Of a stretch of 64,000 nucleotides of DNA, positions 38,309-48,410 are shown in pieces. The notes beneath the pieces were generated by a model. It was not told the DNA's origin, did no database searches, and saw nothing but the letters and a program-made list of their open reading frames with translations. The position numbers were made by a program, and so were the translations under genes. The DNA is from Candidatus Cloacimonadales bacterium. GTDB taxonomy: Bacteria > Cloacimonadota > Cloacimonadia > Cloacimonadales > JAIOQZ01. The stretch lies in the NCBI GenBank assembly GCA_963674825.1, contig OY771587.1:3424001-3488000 (forward strand), in the 5' to 3' direction. Numbering within the stretch: the stretch's first letter is position 1; every line of letters begins with the position of its first letter.

Positions 38309-39043
38309 ATGTATTGTCGACACTGCGGCAAAGAGATAGGAGATAATCAGGCAGTATGTCATAACTGCCATCGGGAGCAATTCGAGCGAAACACGATGCG
38401 GGATGCTCAGTATCATAACGAGCTGCCATCGGACGATCACGAACTGCACATCGTCGAGCCGGAACCGCGTGAAGAAAAACCCTGGATACCACCTCAACCA
38501 AAGCGCGAACGACGACTACCGACCTTTCGCCGCGTGATGGTCAATCTGCTTATCGCGGTGCTGGCGATCGTTGGCTTGGTTGGTGTATTCATGCCATTCT
38601 ACAACATGCCGGCGGTGATGTCACCGGGCGAAATCTCGTTACCGGAGATCATCCAGAGTGGTATGTCGTATTTCCGCGGGGAGGAAACCCTAAGCGGAAC
38701 AAGCATCTTCGAATCATTCAGATACCTCGTCGGAATGTATGCGCAGAAGCCTGTGTTATGGTATACAGGTGGCCTTTTCATGGCGTTGGTTCCCGCGTTT
38801 CTGGGGCTGATCCTGGCTGGAATCCTGCTGCACGCGCTTAGCATGCGATACCACAAGCACGCCGGACTGCGCTGTATGCTGATCTATTCGTTCATTGGCT
38901 GGGGACTCTTCTACCTTGCTGGTCGAAGCATGGGAGTGTGGCTCGATTTCTTCGCGAATGTAGGTCCCGGCTACTGGCAGATCTTCATCGCGTTAGCAGC
39001 AATTCAATTGGTGCGGGTTCTCGATCACCCGGAAGAACGATGA
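38309..39043 (+). CDS. Zinc-ribbon membrane protein
   Basis: MYCRHCG…CHNC N-terminus followed by about four transmembrane segments. Confidence 0.78.
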   Translation: MYCRHCGKEIGDNQAVCHNCHREQFERNTMRDAQYHNELPSDDHELHIVEPEPREEKPWIPPQPKRERRLPTFRRVMVNLLIAVLAIVGLVGVFMPFYNMPAVMSPGEISLPEIIQSGMSYFRGEETLSGTSIFESFRYLVGMYAQKPVLWYTGGLFMALVPAFLGLILAGILLHALSMRYHKHAGLRCMLIYSFIGWGLFYLAGRSMGVWLDFFANVGPGYWQIFIALAAIQLVRVLDHPEER

Positions 39044-41058
39044 AGCCTTATCTCATCGCATTGACGATCTTGCTGATTCTACCTCTGAGTGCTGTCGAGT
39101 ACCGGCACTATCATCGATCACCTTCTGACGAAAACGTCCCGCGAGATTTCATCAGGCGTGGCGAGGAATTCGCCGGAAACAGCATTTCCGACACCAACGT
39201 ATTCCATATTATGATGTATCTGGAATCAAGGCTGTTCACTCAGACGGAAATCGACAACGGCTACAAGCTTATGGGCAATATCATGAAGCACGTACAGCTT
39301 AAAGTAACGCCGAACATGTCACCCGAAGCAAAGCTCAAGACAGTTTACGATATCATCTCCTCCGAGATGGGCTATAAGTACGAAGCAGGAGTAAACACCC
39401 TCTGCGGGAGTTTGGGGAACAGGAGGCTTGACTGCGATATCGGCGGCTATCTCTTTCTTGCAGTAGCCATGGAGATGGATTGGCCGCTGTATGCAGTTGA
39501 AGCACCCCAACACCTCTTCGTGCGTTGGGATGACGGAAAGACAACCTTGAATTTCGAGACTACGACTGGAACCACCAGCTCCAATATCACCTATATGCGC
39601 GAAATGAAGCTCGATTCCAAGCAACTGGCCTCGGGACTTTACCTCAAGAATCTGACCTGGGAGCAGCTTATTTCCAATTTCTACCAGAACGTTGGCAACG
39701 AGCTGTCCATGATCAAGCGCTATCCAGAAGCGCTCGATATGCTGAGCCGGGCCGTCGAGTTGAATCCCGACGATCCCGATGGTTTTGTGAATCGAAGCAA
39801 CGTTCTCACCGCGTTGGGCTACTATCAACAGGCGATTGACGATTGTACACGTGCCGTGAAGCTTAATCCGAAAGAGACCAGCGCGTATATCAATCGTGGT
39901 ACTGCCAAAGATCAGATGGGCGATCATCAGGGTGCGATCGAGGATGCTCGGCAAGCATTGAAGCTGGAGCCTGATAATGCCAGTATATGGTTCAACATGG
40001 GGCTGTTTCATAAGAACATGGGGGAGACCCGTAAAGCGCTGGAGGATTATACCAAAGCGCTAGAGCTTAATCCGTCATACAGCCGGGCCTATATCAGCCG
40101 TGGATTCGTCTTTTTAGACCGTGAAGAATACAAACTTGCAGAGCGTGACTTCCGTGCAGCGTTGGAGATCGATCCGCAGAATCCCGATCCATATATTTAT
40201 CTTGGCAATCTCTACTACAAGCGTGGAGAATACGCGGCTGCGCTGAGCTACTTCGACCAGGCGCTTACCTACGCTCCTACCGATGTCACGACTCGATACA
40301 ATCGCGCGGTGGTACGGTCGCAACTGGAGGATATCAACGGAGCGCTTCAGGATTACGACCGGGTTCTTGCCGATAATCCTCAGAACGCCAACGCACGTTA
40401 TAACCGGGGGCTTCTACACAGCCAGATGGGGAATGACCGGGCTGCAATTGACGACTTCGATAGCGCTCTTGCAATGGGTTCCGACAACATGGGCGACCTC
40501 TATTCAAGCAGGGGAATGTCCAATCAGGCCCTGGGCAACTTAAAGGAAGCGATCGAGGACTATACGCGCGCGATAGCCTATGACAAGAAAGACGCGACAC
40601 TTTACTATTACCGCGGCAGTTCGCGATATGAGGCAGAAGATTACGAGGGTGCGCTGCGCGATTACTCTTCGGCGATTGATCTCGGGTTTCTGGAAGTTTC
40701 AGTCTATTACAATCGGGCGATCGTTTATCGCAAACTGAGCGATTTCAAGAAGGCTATCAAGGATGCAGGCTGGGCTGTGCAATCTGATCCCAAGTATGGC
40801 GATGCATGGCTGCTGCTTGCAATGCTGAAGCAAGAGACAGAAGATTTCAAGGGAGCGCTAAAGGATGTTGAACGTGCGATTCTCCTGAAGCCTGACAACG
40901 CTTTCGGATATATCAATCGCGCGAATATCAAATACAGGCTCAATAATTACACTGGCGCGTTAAACGACGTCAACAAAGCCCTGACGATGGATCCATCACT
41001 ACTGAAGGATTACAAGGAATTCCAGAATCACCTGATCAATCTTGTTGAACGTCACTGA
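39040..41058 (+). CDS. Secreted transglutaminase-like (SirB1-like) domain protein with a long TPR array
   Basis: Signal peptide MKPYLIAL…; RRLDC…APQHLFVRW…NFETT; more than ten A[YF]xNRG-type TPRs; ATGA overlap with the upstream gene. Confidence 0.82.
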   Translation: MKPYLIALTILLILPLSAVEYRHYHRSPSDENVPRDFIRRGEEFAGNSISDTNVFHIMMYLESRLFTQTEIDNGYKLMGNIMKHVQLKVTPNMSPEAKLKTVYDIISSEMGYKYEAGVNTLCGSLGNRRLDCDIGGYLFLAVAMEMDWPLYAVEAPQHLFVRWDDGKTTLNFETTTGTTSSNITYMREMKLDSKQLASGLYLKNLTWEQLISNFYQNVGNELSMIKRYPEALDMLSRAVELNPDDPDGFVNRSNVLTALGYYQQAIDDCTRAVKLNPKETSAYINRGTAKDQMGDHQGAIEDARQALKLEPDNASIWFNMGLFHKNMGETRKALEDYTKALELNPSYSRAYISRGFVFLDREEYKLAERDFRAALEIDPQNPDPYIYLGNLYYKRGEYAAALSYFDQALTYAPTDVTTRYNRAVVRSQLEDINGALQDYDRVLADNPQNANARYNRGLLHSQMGNDRAAIDDFDSALAMGSDNMGDLYSSRGMSNQALGNLKEAIEDYTRAIAYDKKDATLYYYRGSSRYEAEDYEGALRDYSSAIDLGFLEVSVYYNRAIVYRKLSDFKKAIKDAGWAVQSDPKYGDAWLLLAMLKQETEDFKGALKDVERAILLKPDNAFGYINRANIKYRLNNYTGALNDVNKALTMDPSLLKDYKEFQNHLINLVERH

Positions 41059-41374
41059 GTTCCAATTGTTCGAGATCGGTGAGTAGATTGTTGTATTCGA
41101 TCGTGATCTTCTCCAGTACCCGCTGCCTGATCTGCGGAGCCAGCTCGATCAGGACTTGAAGCATGGCATCACGGGTCACCTGGTGATGTGGAATGAATGG
41201 TTTGATGATGGGGTCTTTTTCTGGGCTCAGTTCGGATAGCACTGTTTTACCGATCCATAGATCCCGGCCATCAACGGAGGCTTCGTAGGGATCTCGAATG
41301 AACGATTTGAGCTCCACGATATCCTCGAGCAGGAGCATCATCTTGTGATGCTTCGATTTCGGGTTGAATTGCAT
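41036..41374 (-). CDS. Hypothetical protein
   Basis: 112-aa ORF with an AAGGAG RBS, filling an otherwise empty gap. Confidence 0.6.
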   Translation of the reverse strand: MQFNPKSKHHKMMLLLEDIVELKSFIRDPYEASVDGRDLWIGKTVLSELSPEKDPIIKPFIPHHQVTRDAMLQVLIELAPQIRQRVLEKITIEYNNLLTDLEQLELSDVQQD

Positions 41375-41576
41375 GTCTTACTCCTTGTACTATATTTAGT
41401 AACGCTATCGCAACAGGGAATTGTATAAGCGTTCGGATCGGATTCGTCAAGAACTTCTTTGCGTTGTCCTTTATGGCAAGCATTCAGACAAAAAACTTTA
41501 CAATATATACCGCGATGGATTTGTTTGCGTGTGGCCGATTCGCACGGTCGATAACGAAGAAGGAACAGGATAGTCT

Positions 41577-44123
41577 ATGAGACGATTCATATTGCTTACA
41601 TTATTATTGGTCATTCTGTCTGCTCTTGCTGCGGAGAAGATTGATTTGAACACTGCAACGCTCAACGAGATTTTAACCCTTCCCATCACGGAGCAACAAG
41701 CTCAGGATATCTACAATTACAGGGAATATATCGCCTTCTTCGAAAGCGTTTACGAGCTTCGCAAGATCGAATCGATCGATCAGGAAACACTGCTCAAGCT
41801 GAAACCGCTCGTACGGATTTCTCACTATACCGATCTGGACGACGCCGAGCTTCGTCGTGAGGAGATCGCTTACCTGCTTGAACGCCTTGGAAGCAATGAA
41901 GGAAGCCAGGAAGGTACTTCCGACGTTTGGGAAGACTACCTCATTACCCCGCGTAACGTCAATCGCATGTTTTTCTCGGATCTGCTGAATTTCCCGAACG
42001 TTTCGCCACAGGACGCGGCTGCCGTTCGCAACCGTATTGCTAATCAGGATACCATCACCAGTTGGCGCGATCTTCGCACAACGGATGGAGCTTCCTATTA
42101 CGGCATGCGGAATCTGAGAAACTACGTTTATTATACGGAGCCTCCCGTAAGCGATCAGCTGTTCTTCGACTACCAGTTCAAGTACAGCGACGCTCCACCG
42201 GAAGAGGCTGAGGAGGAAGCCGAATTGACACAGGAGGCTTCTTCGATGGATAACCGCCTTCAGGACGATTATGAACCGGAGATTATGAATAAACTCCGTA
42301 TTCGTTACGGAAGCGCGTGGAAAGCTGGTATGATGGTCTTCAACCGTAAGGGCGAAGAACAGCTCTACGACCGCACCGCACAAGAAATGTGGGAAGACGG
42401 TAAGTTCTTCGTAGGCTACGAAGACTACCAGCCTTGGCTTTTCGACAGTTATCTCAAGGTCTATGTTGGTAATTACCGCGCTACCTACGGCGAAGGCCTT
42501 GTGATGGAGAACACAGACTTCTACAGCTCACGTAAAACGGGTATGGGATTTAGCAAGCGCATCACCGGTATAATTGGCGATCTTTCCCGCTCCCGTGAAT
42601 ATGCTCTTCGCGGCGGTGCGTTCGAATGGAAGACCGACAAGTTCAATGTAACCGGTTTTATCTCATACGATAAAAAAGATGCTGTGGTCTACGATAGCAA
42701 CGGCGATGGCATGTTTGGCGGCGACGAAGATGAATCGATGGACAACCGCGATATGGTATTTTCATACATCACCGTTAACCAGCGTCCCGATGGCGATTCC
42801 GTTGAAAAACTTGGCAGCGAGAATCTGGCTGTTGTCCGCGACGCGCTGGAAGAGACGGTCATCGGCACACACCTCGAGTATTCTCCGTTCATCGGTACTC
42901 ATGTTGGTTTCACTGCCTATGAAGCACGCTACAACCGCTACTTCTATGTTCCTTCAACCCTTGAAGAACTGGAAGAGGTTGTCTTGGGCGATCCGGAAGC
43001 TGATGCAGAAAAGGTTAAAATCCCGGACAGCGAAATTTTGGGTCTTTATTCTTCTTATACTGACGATTACAAGCGCGATTATCGCCGTGTTTACGGTATC
43101 GATTACGGCACGACGCTCGATTTCCTCTCTATTCAGGGTGAATATGCCGAGCTCGAGACCGACGGAAGCTTTACAAAGATCGGCGACGACCCGCATGCAA
43201 TGCTGACCAGCGCTTATACACAGTTCGATAACCTCAACTTCATGGCGCTTTATCGCAACTACGATCTCGATTTCGATAATCCCTACGGACGCGGTTTCTC
43301 CGAACACGAGAAGTTCGATGATACCATGTTCGACAAATACGATTATATCTTGACTAACACCGATCTGGTTTATATGTACCTCAATTCGGCGCAGGCTCAG
43401 GCTGAAGAAGGCGTCTATCTGGAGACGCGTTACCAGTTCAACAAGTACCTGACCATCACCCGCGCTTATCTGGACATCTGGGAAAGAAAGTGCGACGCGC
43501 GCCGTTCGGTGAGGTTCCAGGGCGAGCTTGAATTCAAGCCGTTCCACCAGCTTCGTATCCGTCCGAAGTTCAAGCACCAGGTCAACCGCTACGACGACTA
43601 TTTGGATCGCGCGGTTTCGACCACCGACGAATACACCATCCAGATAAGGACATTCCTTTCCAAGCGTGACTTTTTCCAGCTCGAATATCGATATAATCAG
43701 GTTGAGATGCCATCTTATCCGTATCTGACCAACGATCCGACACCGAACGAAGACAGCATCATCGAAGGAACGACGTTGATCCACGGCGACTTCATCAATG
43801 TGGATTACACGCACTATTTCACCGATGATTTCAAGGTGAAGGGCGCGTTCATGTTCTGGGATGGCCATGGTATCAGCCATTGGGACTGGGAAGATATGGA
43901 GATCGATTTCATGGGCGAACGCGGTTACAAATACTGGTTCGCAATCCAGGATCGCATCTCGAAAAACATCTGGCTTTCTCTGAAATACAAATATAAAAAG
44001 TATAAAGCGAAAGTGCTTGATGTCCGTGAATGGGACAACACCGAGTATGACGCGGAAGTCGATAACGCAACGGTCGAGAACGATGTTCAGGCGATCAGGC
44101 TGCAACTCGACTGGAAGTTTTAG
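41577..44123 (+). CDS. Outer-membrane protein with two ComEA-like helix-hairpin-helix domains and a large C-terminal beta-barrel
   Basis: Signal peptide; KIDLNTAT…QAQDIYNYRE…FESVYELRKI and RNVNRM…DLLNFPNVSP…WRDL; GNYRATYGEGLV; ends IRLQLDWKF. Confidence 0.82.
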   Translation: MRRFILLTLLLVILSALAAEKIDLNTATLNEILTLPITEQQAQDIYNYREYIAFFESVYELRKIESIDQETLLKLKPLVRISHYTDLDDAELRREEIAYLLERLGSNEGSQEGTSDVWEDYLITPRNVNRMFFSDLLNFPNVSPQDAAAVRNRIANQDTITSWRDLRTTDGASYYGMRNLRNYVYYTEPPVSDQLFFDYQFKYSDAPPEEAEEEAELTQEASSMDNRLQDDYEPEIMNKLRIRYGSAWKAGMMVFNRKGEEQLYDRTAQEMWEDGKFFVGYEDYQPWLFDSYLKVYVGNYRATYGEGLVMENTDFYSSRKTGMGFSKRITGIIGDLSRSREYALRGGAFEWKTDKFNVTGFISYDKKDAVVYDSNGDGMFGGDEDESMDNRDMVFSYITVNQRPDGDSVEKLGSENLAVVRDALEETVIGTHLEYSPFIGTHVGFTAYEARYNRYFYVPSTLEELEEVVLGDPEADAEKVKIPDSEILGLYSSYTDDYKRDYRRVYGIDYGTTLDFLSIQGEYAELETDGSFTKIGDDPHAMLTSAYTQFDNLNFMALYRNYDLDFDNPYGRGFSEHEKFDDTMFDKYDYILTNTDLVYMYLNSAQAQAEEGVYLETRYQFNKYLTITRAYLDIWERKCDARRSVRFQGELEFKPFHQLRIRPKFKHQVNRYDDYLDRAVSTTDEYTIQIRTFLSKRDFFQLEYRYNQVEMPSYPYLTNDPTPNEDSIIEGTTLIHGDFINVDYTHYFTDDFKVKGAFMFWDGHGISHWDWEDMEIDFMGERGYKYWFAIQDRISKNIWLSLKYKYKKYKAKVLDVREWDNTEYDAEVDNATVENDVQAIRLQLDWKF

Positions 44124-44170
44124 TGAGATAGAATATGAAGTTAGAAATTTTAAAACCTCGTGGAGGATCA

Positions 44171-45535
44171 ATGTATAGACGGCTTTCATTACAGATCATC
44201 AGTTTGGCATTACTGATCGTTTTTGCATCATCACTCGCAGCATACTCGCTGCTCGAAGCGGGATACGAACCCTATATCGAAACCTATGGTCTGGGTAACT
44301 ACGTCGGAACGACCGACGCCCGTAGCTCAGCGATGGGTGGAGCGAATACTTCGGGTGGACTTCGTGCTCTCGATGCGATCAACAACCCTGCCAATCTCGC
44401 GAACCTTGAAACAGGTTTCGGCGCACAGCTCAACTTCGGTATCATGCGCGATAACGATCGTCGCAGCATGCCGCTCTATAGTTTTTTCGACGAATATGTC
44501 GATGAAACAACCTATGCTAACAACAGCAATTGGTATGATGAAGCGACTGTAGGTGCGTATTACCGTATGCAGCTATCCAGGCTTGGCTTTGCTGTGAGCT
44601 TGAACTATACTCCGCGCGTTAACTTCGACGCGAACTACGAAGAGGATGTCCGCAACAAAGAAGGCTCGGATAACAACGGTTACCCGAAGATCCTCGCGTT
44701 CAACTCGATCGAAAGCGAAGGCGCAATCCGCGCCACCAGTCTTATGCTGGCCGGTAACATCAATGATGTCAGCGTGTTCGATCAGATCGCGCTTGGTATT
44801 GAAATCGCCATGTATGAAGGCGAGCACAACCGCACAAAGAAGATCGTGTGGTCAGACGATGCACGCCTTGCGGTGCAGAACTTCGAACTGCCGGATTATT
44901 ATGAAAAGATGGAACGTGAATTCAGCGGCACCGGCTTCAAGCTGGGTCTGAACGCCAACTTCGCAGAACGCTATAGCGTCGGATTCGCTTTTACACCCAA
45001 GACAGAACTGTCGGTTGACTACAAGTTCGATGGCGTGGAATACGACGTGGATGACTACGTGATGCCATCCAGAATCCGATTCGGTGTCCAATACAGACCG
45101 CAGAACATTATGGAAACCTACTTCAATGTGGATATGGAAATCGTGAATTGGTCGGATGTGGAAGATAACTACGACGACGTATTCAACTTCTATATTGGCG
45201 TTGAGCACAAGATTTTCATGACCATGCCGATCCGCCTTGGTTTCCGTTACGAAACCAACCCGATCGACAATATCGCAATGCCGACCTACACCTGTGGTAC
45301 CGGCTTCCAGGTCTACGGACCTGTCTGGTTCGACTTCTCGATGGAATACTCGCATCGCAAGTACCAGGCACAGGATCTTTTCCCGAACTCCTATTATAAC
45401 GATGAAAACTACGCAGAGAGCGCATCCTACTCATCGCAGCTTTGGGAATACGATGTTCCCGAAGATCGTGATGAATCGGACAAGGTTGACGAGACTTTCC
45501 TGAAGTTCCAGACAGCGCTGAGCGTAACATTCTGA
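44171..45535 (+). CDS. FadL/PorV-like outer-membrane beta-barrel protein
   Basis: Signal peptide; DARSSAMGGA…NNPANL signature; C-terminal Phe; GGAGG RBS before MYRR. Confidence 0.72.
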   Translation: MYRRLSLQIISLALLIVFASSLAAYSLLEAGYEPYIETYGLGNYVGTTDARSSAMGGANTSGGLRALDAINNPANLANLETGFGAQLNFGIMRDNDRRSMPLYSFFDEYVDETTYANNSNWYDEATVGAYYRMQLSRLGFAVSLNYTPRVNFDANYEEDVRNKEGSDNNGYPKILAFNSIESEGAIRATSLMLAGNINDVSVFDQIALGIEIAMYEGEHNRTKKIVWSDDARLAVQNFELPDYYEKMEREFSGTGFKLGLNANFAERYSVGFAFTPKTELSVDYKFDGVEYDVDDYVMPSRIRFGVQYRPQNIMETYFNVDMEIVNWSDVEDNYDDVFNFYIGVEHKIFMTMPIRLGFRYETNPIDNIAMPTYTCGTGFQVYGPVWFDFSMEYSHRKYQAQDLFPNSYYNDENYAESASYSSQLWEYDVPEDRDESDKVDETFLKFQTALSVTF

Positions 45536-45548
45536 TAGAGGACATACA

Positions 45549-47210
45549 ATGTACCGCGTGATCACACTTGTTTCCCTGTTGCTGTTCTCGCAATTGTTTT
45601 GTGAGAATCTCAAACTCGATATCATGTTTACCAACGATGTCCACGGCGGCATCGACCGATATGAAGCTACCTTTATGAATCCCGACTTCCCGCCGGTTCT
45701 TGGCGGTGGAGCTTCAGCCGCGACCTATATCAAACAGGTTCGCGCTATGACGGACGGTACAGAACGCGACAACCTGCTTGTCGACGCGGGTGACTTCTTT
45801 CAGGGACATCCGGTAGGCAGCGTTGACAAGGGTAAATCGGTCATCCGCTTCATGAATCAGGTGGGATACGATCTGATGGTCATTGGTAACCACGAGTACG
45901 ACATTGGCGAAGAAGAGCTGGTCAAGACGCTCCAGTATGCCGAATTCCCAATCCTGTCGTGCAATATCATCGACAAGAGAACCGGCGAACTGGTCGATTA
46001 CGCGATTCCTTACATCATCGTCGAAAAGCTTGGCTTACGAATCGGTATTGTGGGTGTAACCACTACAGATACCGAACTGATGAGCTTTCCCGATCATATC
46101 AAGAATATCGATTTTACCAACGCCAAAGAAGCGCTTGAGAAGTACGTCCCCATCGTTCGCGAACAGGGCGTCGATCTTCTGATCGTCGTAGGACACATGG
46201 GATTGCCTTATGAACCAGAGCCTGCTTATAAAGCACGCTACATAGACAATAAATACGCTGGTAAAGAACGCTATTGGGGCTACGATTCACAAGAACTCGC
46301 CCATGAAGTGGAAGGCATTGATCTTATCATCGGTGGTCACATGCACAAAGGCTTCTACGAACCGTGGGAAGACCCCGACACACATACGCTTGCAATCCAG
46401 GGCTATGCATACGGCAGCAATGTTGGGCATATTACGCTGTTGATCGATAAAGATACCAAGACCCTCGCAGGCTGGGAACCACCGGCATACGACGGTATAT
46501 TGGTCACCCTCTTTGAGGACGAACTGATTCCCGATCCCGAGATGTCGGACACGGTTCTTGCCATGACCGCGGCAGCCGAAAGAGGCATGGACGACGTGAT
46601 TGGCGAATCGAGCATCCATCTCACGCGCATTGGCTCTGGAGCACAGAACCTCATCGGTAATCTCGTGGTGGAAGCGATGCAGAGCGAAATGGATTGCGAC
46701 TTCGCGTTCATGAATCTCGGTGGTATCCGTGCTGATATTGCAATGGGGCCGATCACCTACCGTGACGTTTTCAATGTGCTTCCGTTCGATAGCCAGATCG
46801 TGGTGTTCGAATGCGACGGTAAATTCCTCAAATGGATCATCGAGAAGCGTGTGGAAGGTTCGCGTCACGGGCTTAGAACTGCCGGTATCAAAGTGAAGAT
46901 CGATCGTGACAGAGACGACTTCGATCGCGTTGTCGACCTATGGGTCGGAGACGAATACTGGGATCCAAACAAAACTTATCGCGTCGCCACCAGCGATTTC
47001 CTCATGCAAGGTAACGCCGGGCTAACCAAGCTCACGACCATTCCAGAAGACAAAATCACCCGCAAAGAGACGATTATTCGCGATGTGGTGGTAAACTATA
47101 TCAAGAAGAACTCTCCTGTCAGCACTCAGATCGACGACCGATGGCAGAGAACCGACGGAAGTGGTTACTCCGATCAGATGAAAGCAGCGCTGAATGAAAC
47201 AAATCAATAA
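45549..47210 (+). CDS. Secreted 5'-nucleotidase/UDP-sugar hydrolase family metallophosphoesterase
   Basis: FTNDVHG, DAGDFFQG, GNHEYD, GGHMH; C-domain NLGGIRA…VLPF…YRVATSDF. Confidence 0.93.
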   Translation: MYRVITLVSLLLFSQLFCENLKLDIMFTNDVHGGIDRYEATFMNPDFPPVLGGGASAATYIKQVRAMTDGTERDNLLVDAGDFFQGHPVGSVDKGKSVIRFMNQVGYDLMVIGNHEYDIGEEELVKTLQYAEFPILSCNIIDKRTGELVDYAIPYIIVEKLGLRIGIVGVTTTDTELMSFPDHIKNIDFTNAKEALEKYVPIVREQGVDLLIVVGHMGLPYEPEPAYKARYIDNKYAGKERYWGYDSQELAHEVEGIDLIIGGHMHKGFYEPWEDPDTHTLAIQGYAYGSNVGHITLLIDKDTKTLAGWEPPAYDGILVTLFEDELIPDPEMSDTVLAMTAAAERGMDDVIGESSIHLTRIGSGAQNLIGNLVVEAMQSEMDCDFAFMNLGGIRADIAMGPITYRDVFNVLPFDSQIVVFECDGKFLKWIIEKRVEGSRHGLRTAGIKVKIDRDRDDFDRVVDLWVGDEYWDPNKTYRVATSDFLMQGNAGLTKLTTIPEDKITRKETIIRDVVVNYIKKNSPVSTQIDDRWQRTDGSGYSDQMKAALNETNQ

Positions 47211-47216
47211 AAAGAG

Positions 47217-47244
47217 TTGACAAGCGCGCCGATACAGGTATTTT
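47217..47244 (+). promoter_or_regulatory. Putative sigma70-type promoter with a long leader before the HEAT-repeat gene
   Basis: TTGACA-N16-TATTTT. Confidence 0.4.
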
Positions 47245-47522
47245 GTTTACTGAAGATTGAGTAACGACAGATATTTAACTGATTTCGATTCAGGTGGCAT
47301 CTTACAAGAACTCAAGCCAGGATTTTAATATTTATCCAAGAGAATCACTATATCTATGTGATCCGAAAATATCGTAACAAGTTGTGTGCAGACTCGTTAC
47401 AACATTGAAGACCGCAATATACGATAATAAGATCGTGCGATCATCCCAACCATCTTCCTTACTTACTGGAAGAAAATAACTTACTATGAAATCATTCGAA
47501 TAGGATACATACGGAGAATACT

Positions 47523-48410
47523 ATGCTGAAGGACATTGGACGGCTCGATCCCGACATGACGAAAGAGATCGACGCAAGAACTGAAGAAATTTTTGAATTA
47601 CTCGATAAAAATACTGCCAAATCAAAGACCGATGCCGTGAAAAAGCTGAACGCGATGGCAAAATCACCGAACTACTTCATTCGCGAATACCTCGGCAAGC
47701 AGATGGTCAGCTATAAAAACCGCGACGCGATGTGCGAGATTGCACGCAAGATGCTCAAACACAAGTTTTACGGCATCCGTGCAACCGCGCTGTTCTACTT
47801 TGTGACCGTTTACGAAAAGGATCCCGAGAAGGTTCTGGAAATCCTCGAAGACCTCTTTGAAAGCGTTCCTTGGGAAGTGGAAAGCGTGATCAACGATCTC
47901 TGGCGCAATTATCCGGACGTGATGAAGAAAAACATGCTGATCTGGCTGAAGGCTGAGAATGAGACCAAGCGTGCACTCTCCTTCCACGGAATGGAGAATA
48001 TCGCGAATCAAGATCCGGTTTACATCATGGATTTCATCAACCGTGCGATCGACGACGAGAGCATGGAAGTGCAGAAGAAGATCACACACATCCTGACACA
48101 GGTTGCACGCTCACGCCCGGCTGAGTGTTATCCTTACATTCACGAATGGCTTCTGGACGCGGATGAAAAGCGGATGAAGACGTTGTGGGTATCGATGAAG
48201 AAGCTTGCGAATATCGTGATTCAGAAAAGTCGGAGAGACAAGTCGCAGGAATTTATCATGCTCACCCACCGCACCATTCAAGACTGGCGTCACGACGACA
48301 ATCCGAATGTTGCGGAGATGGGCGGCAAATTATCCGGTATTTTAAAGAACAATAACAACAACAACAACAACAACAACAACCACAACAACCACAATAATAA
48401 CCGGCACTAA
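47523..48410 (+). CDS. HEAT-repeat protein (DNA alkylation repair enzyme-like) with a poly-Asn tail
   Basis: Helical repeats (W…ENETKRAL; IDDESMEVQKKI; WRHDDNPNV); GGAG RBS. The specific function is weakly supported. Confidence 0.65.
   Translation: MLKDIGRLDPDMTKEIDARTEEIFELLDKNTAKSKTDAVKKLNAMAKSPNYFIREYLGKQMVSYKNRDAMCEIARKMLKHKFYGIRATALFYFVTVYEKDPEKVLEILEDLFESVPWEVESVINDLWRNYPDVMKKNMLIWLKAENETKRALSFHGMENIANQDPVYIMDFINRAIDDESMEVQKKITHILTQVARSRPAECYPYIHEWLLDADEKRMKTLWVSMKKLANIVIQKSRRDKSQEFIMLTHRTIQDWRHDDNPNVAEMGGKLSGILKNNNNNNNNNNNHNNHNNNRH
48348..48401 (+). repeat. In-frame AAC microsatellite encoding poly-Asn/His
   Basis: AAC AAT (AAC)9 CAC AAC AAC CAC AAT AAT AAC, just before the stop codon. 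Confidence 0.95.

Noticed and set aside
38128..41374. tRNA-Ala as an integration site for a genomic island
   Set aside because: No integrase and no repeat of the tRNA 3' end found by eye in the window.
42954..44189. 411-aa - strand ORF
   Set aside because: Antisense shadow of the HhH-barrel gene; consistent with codon bias leaving the opposite strand stop-poor.
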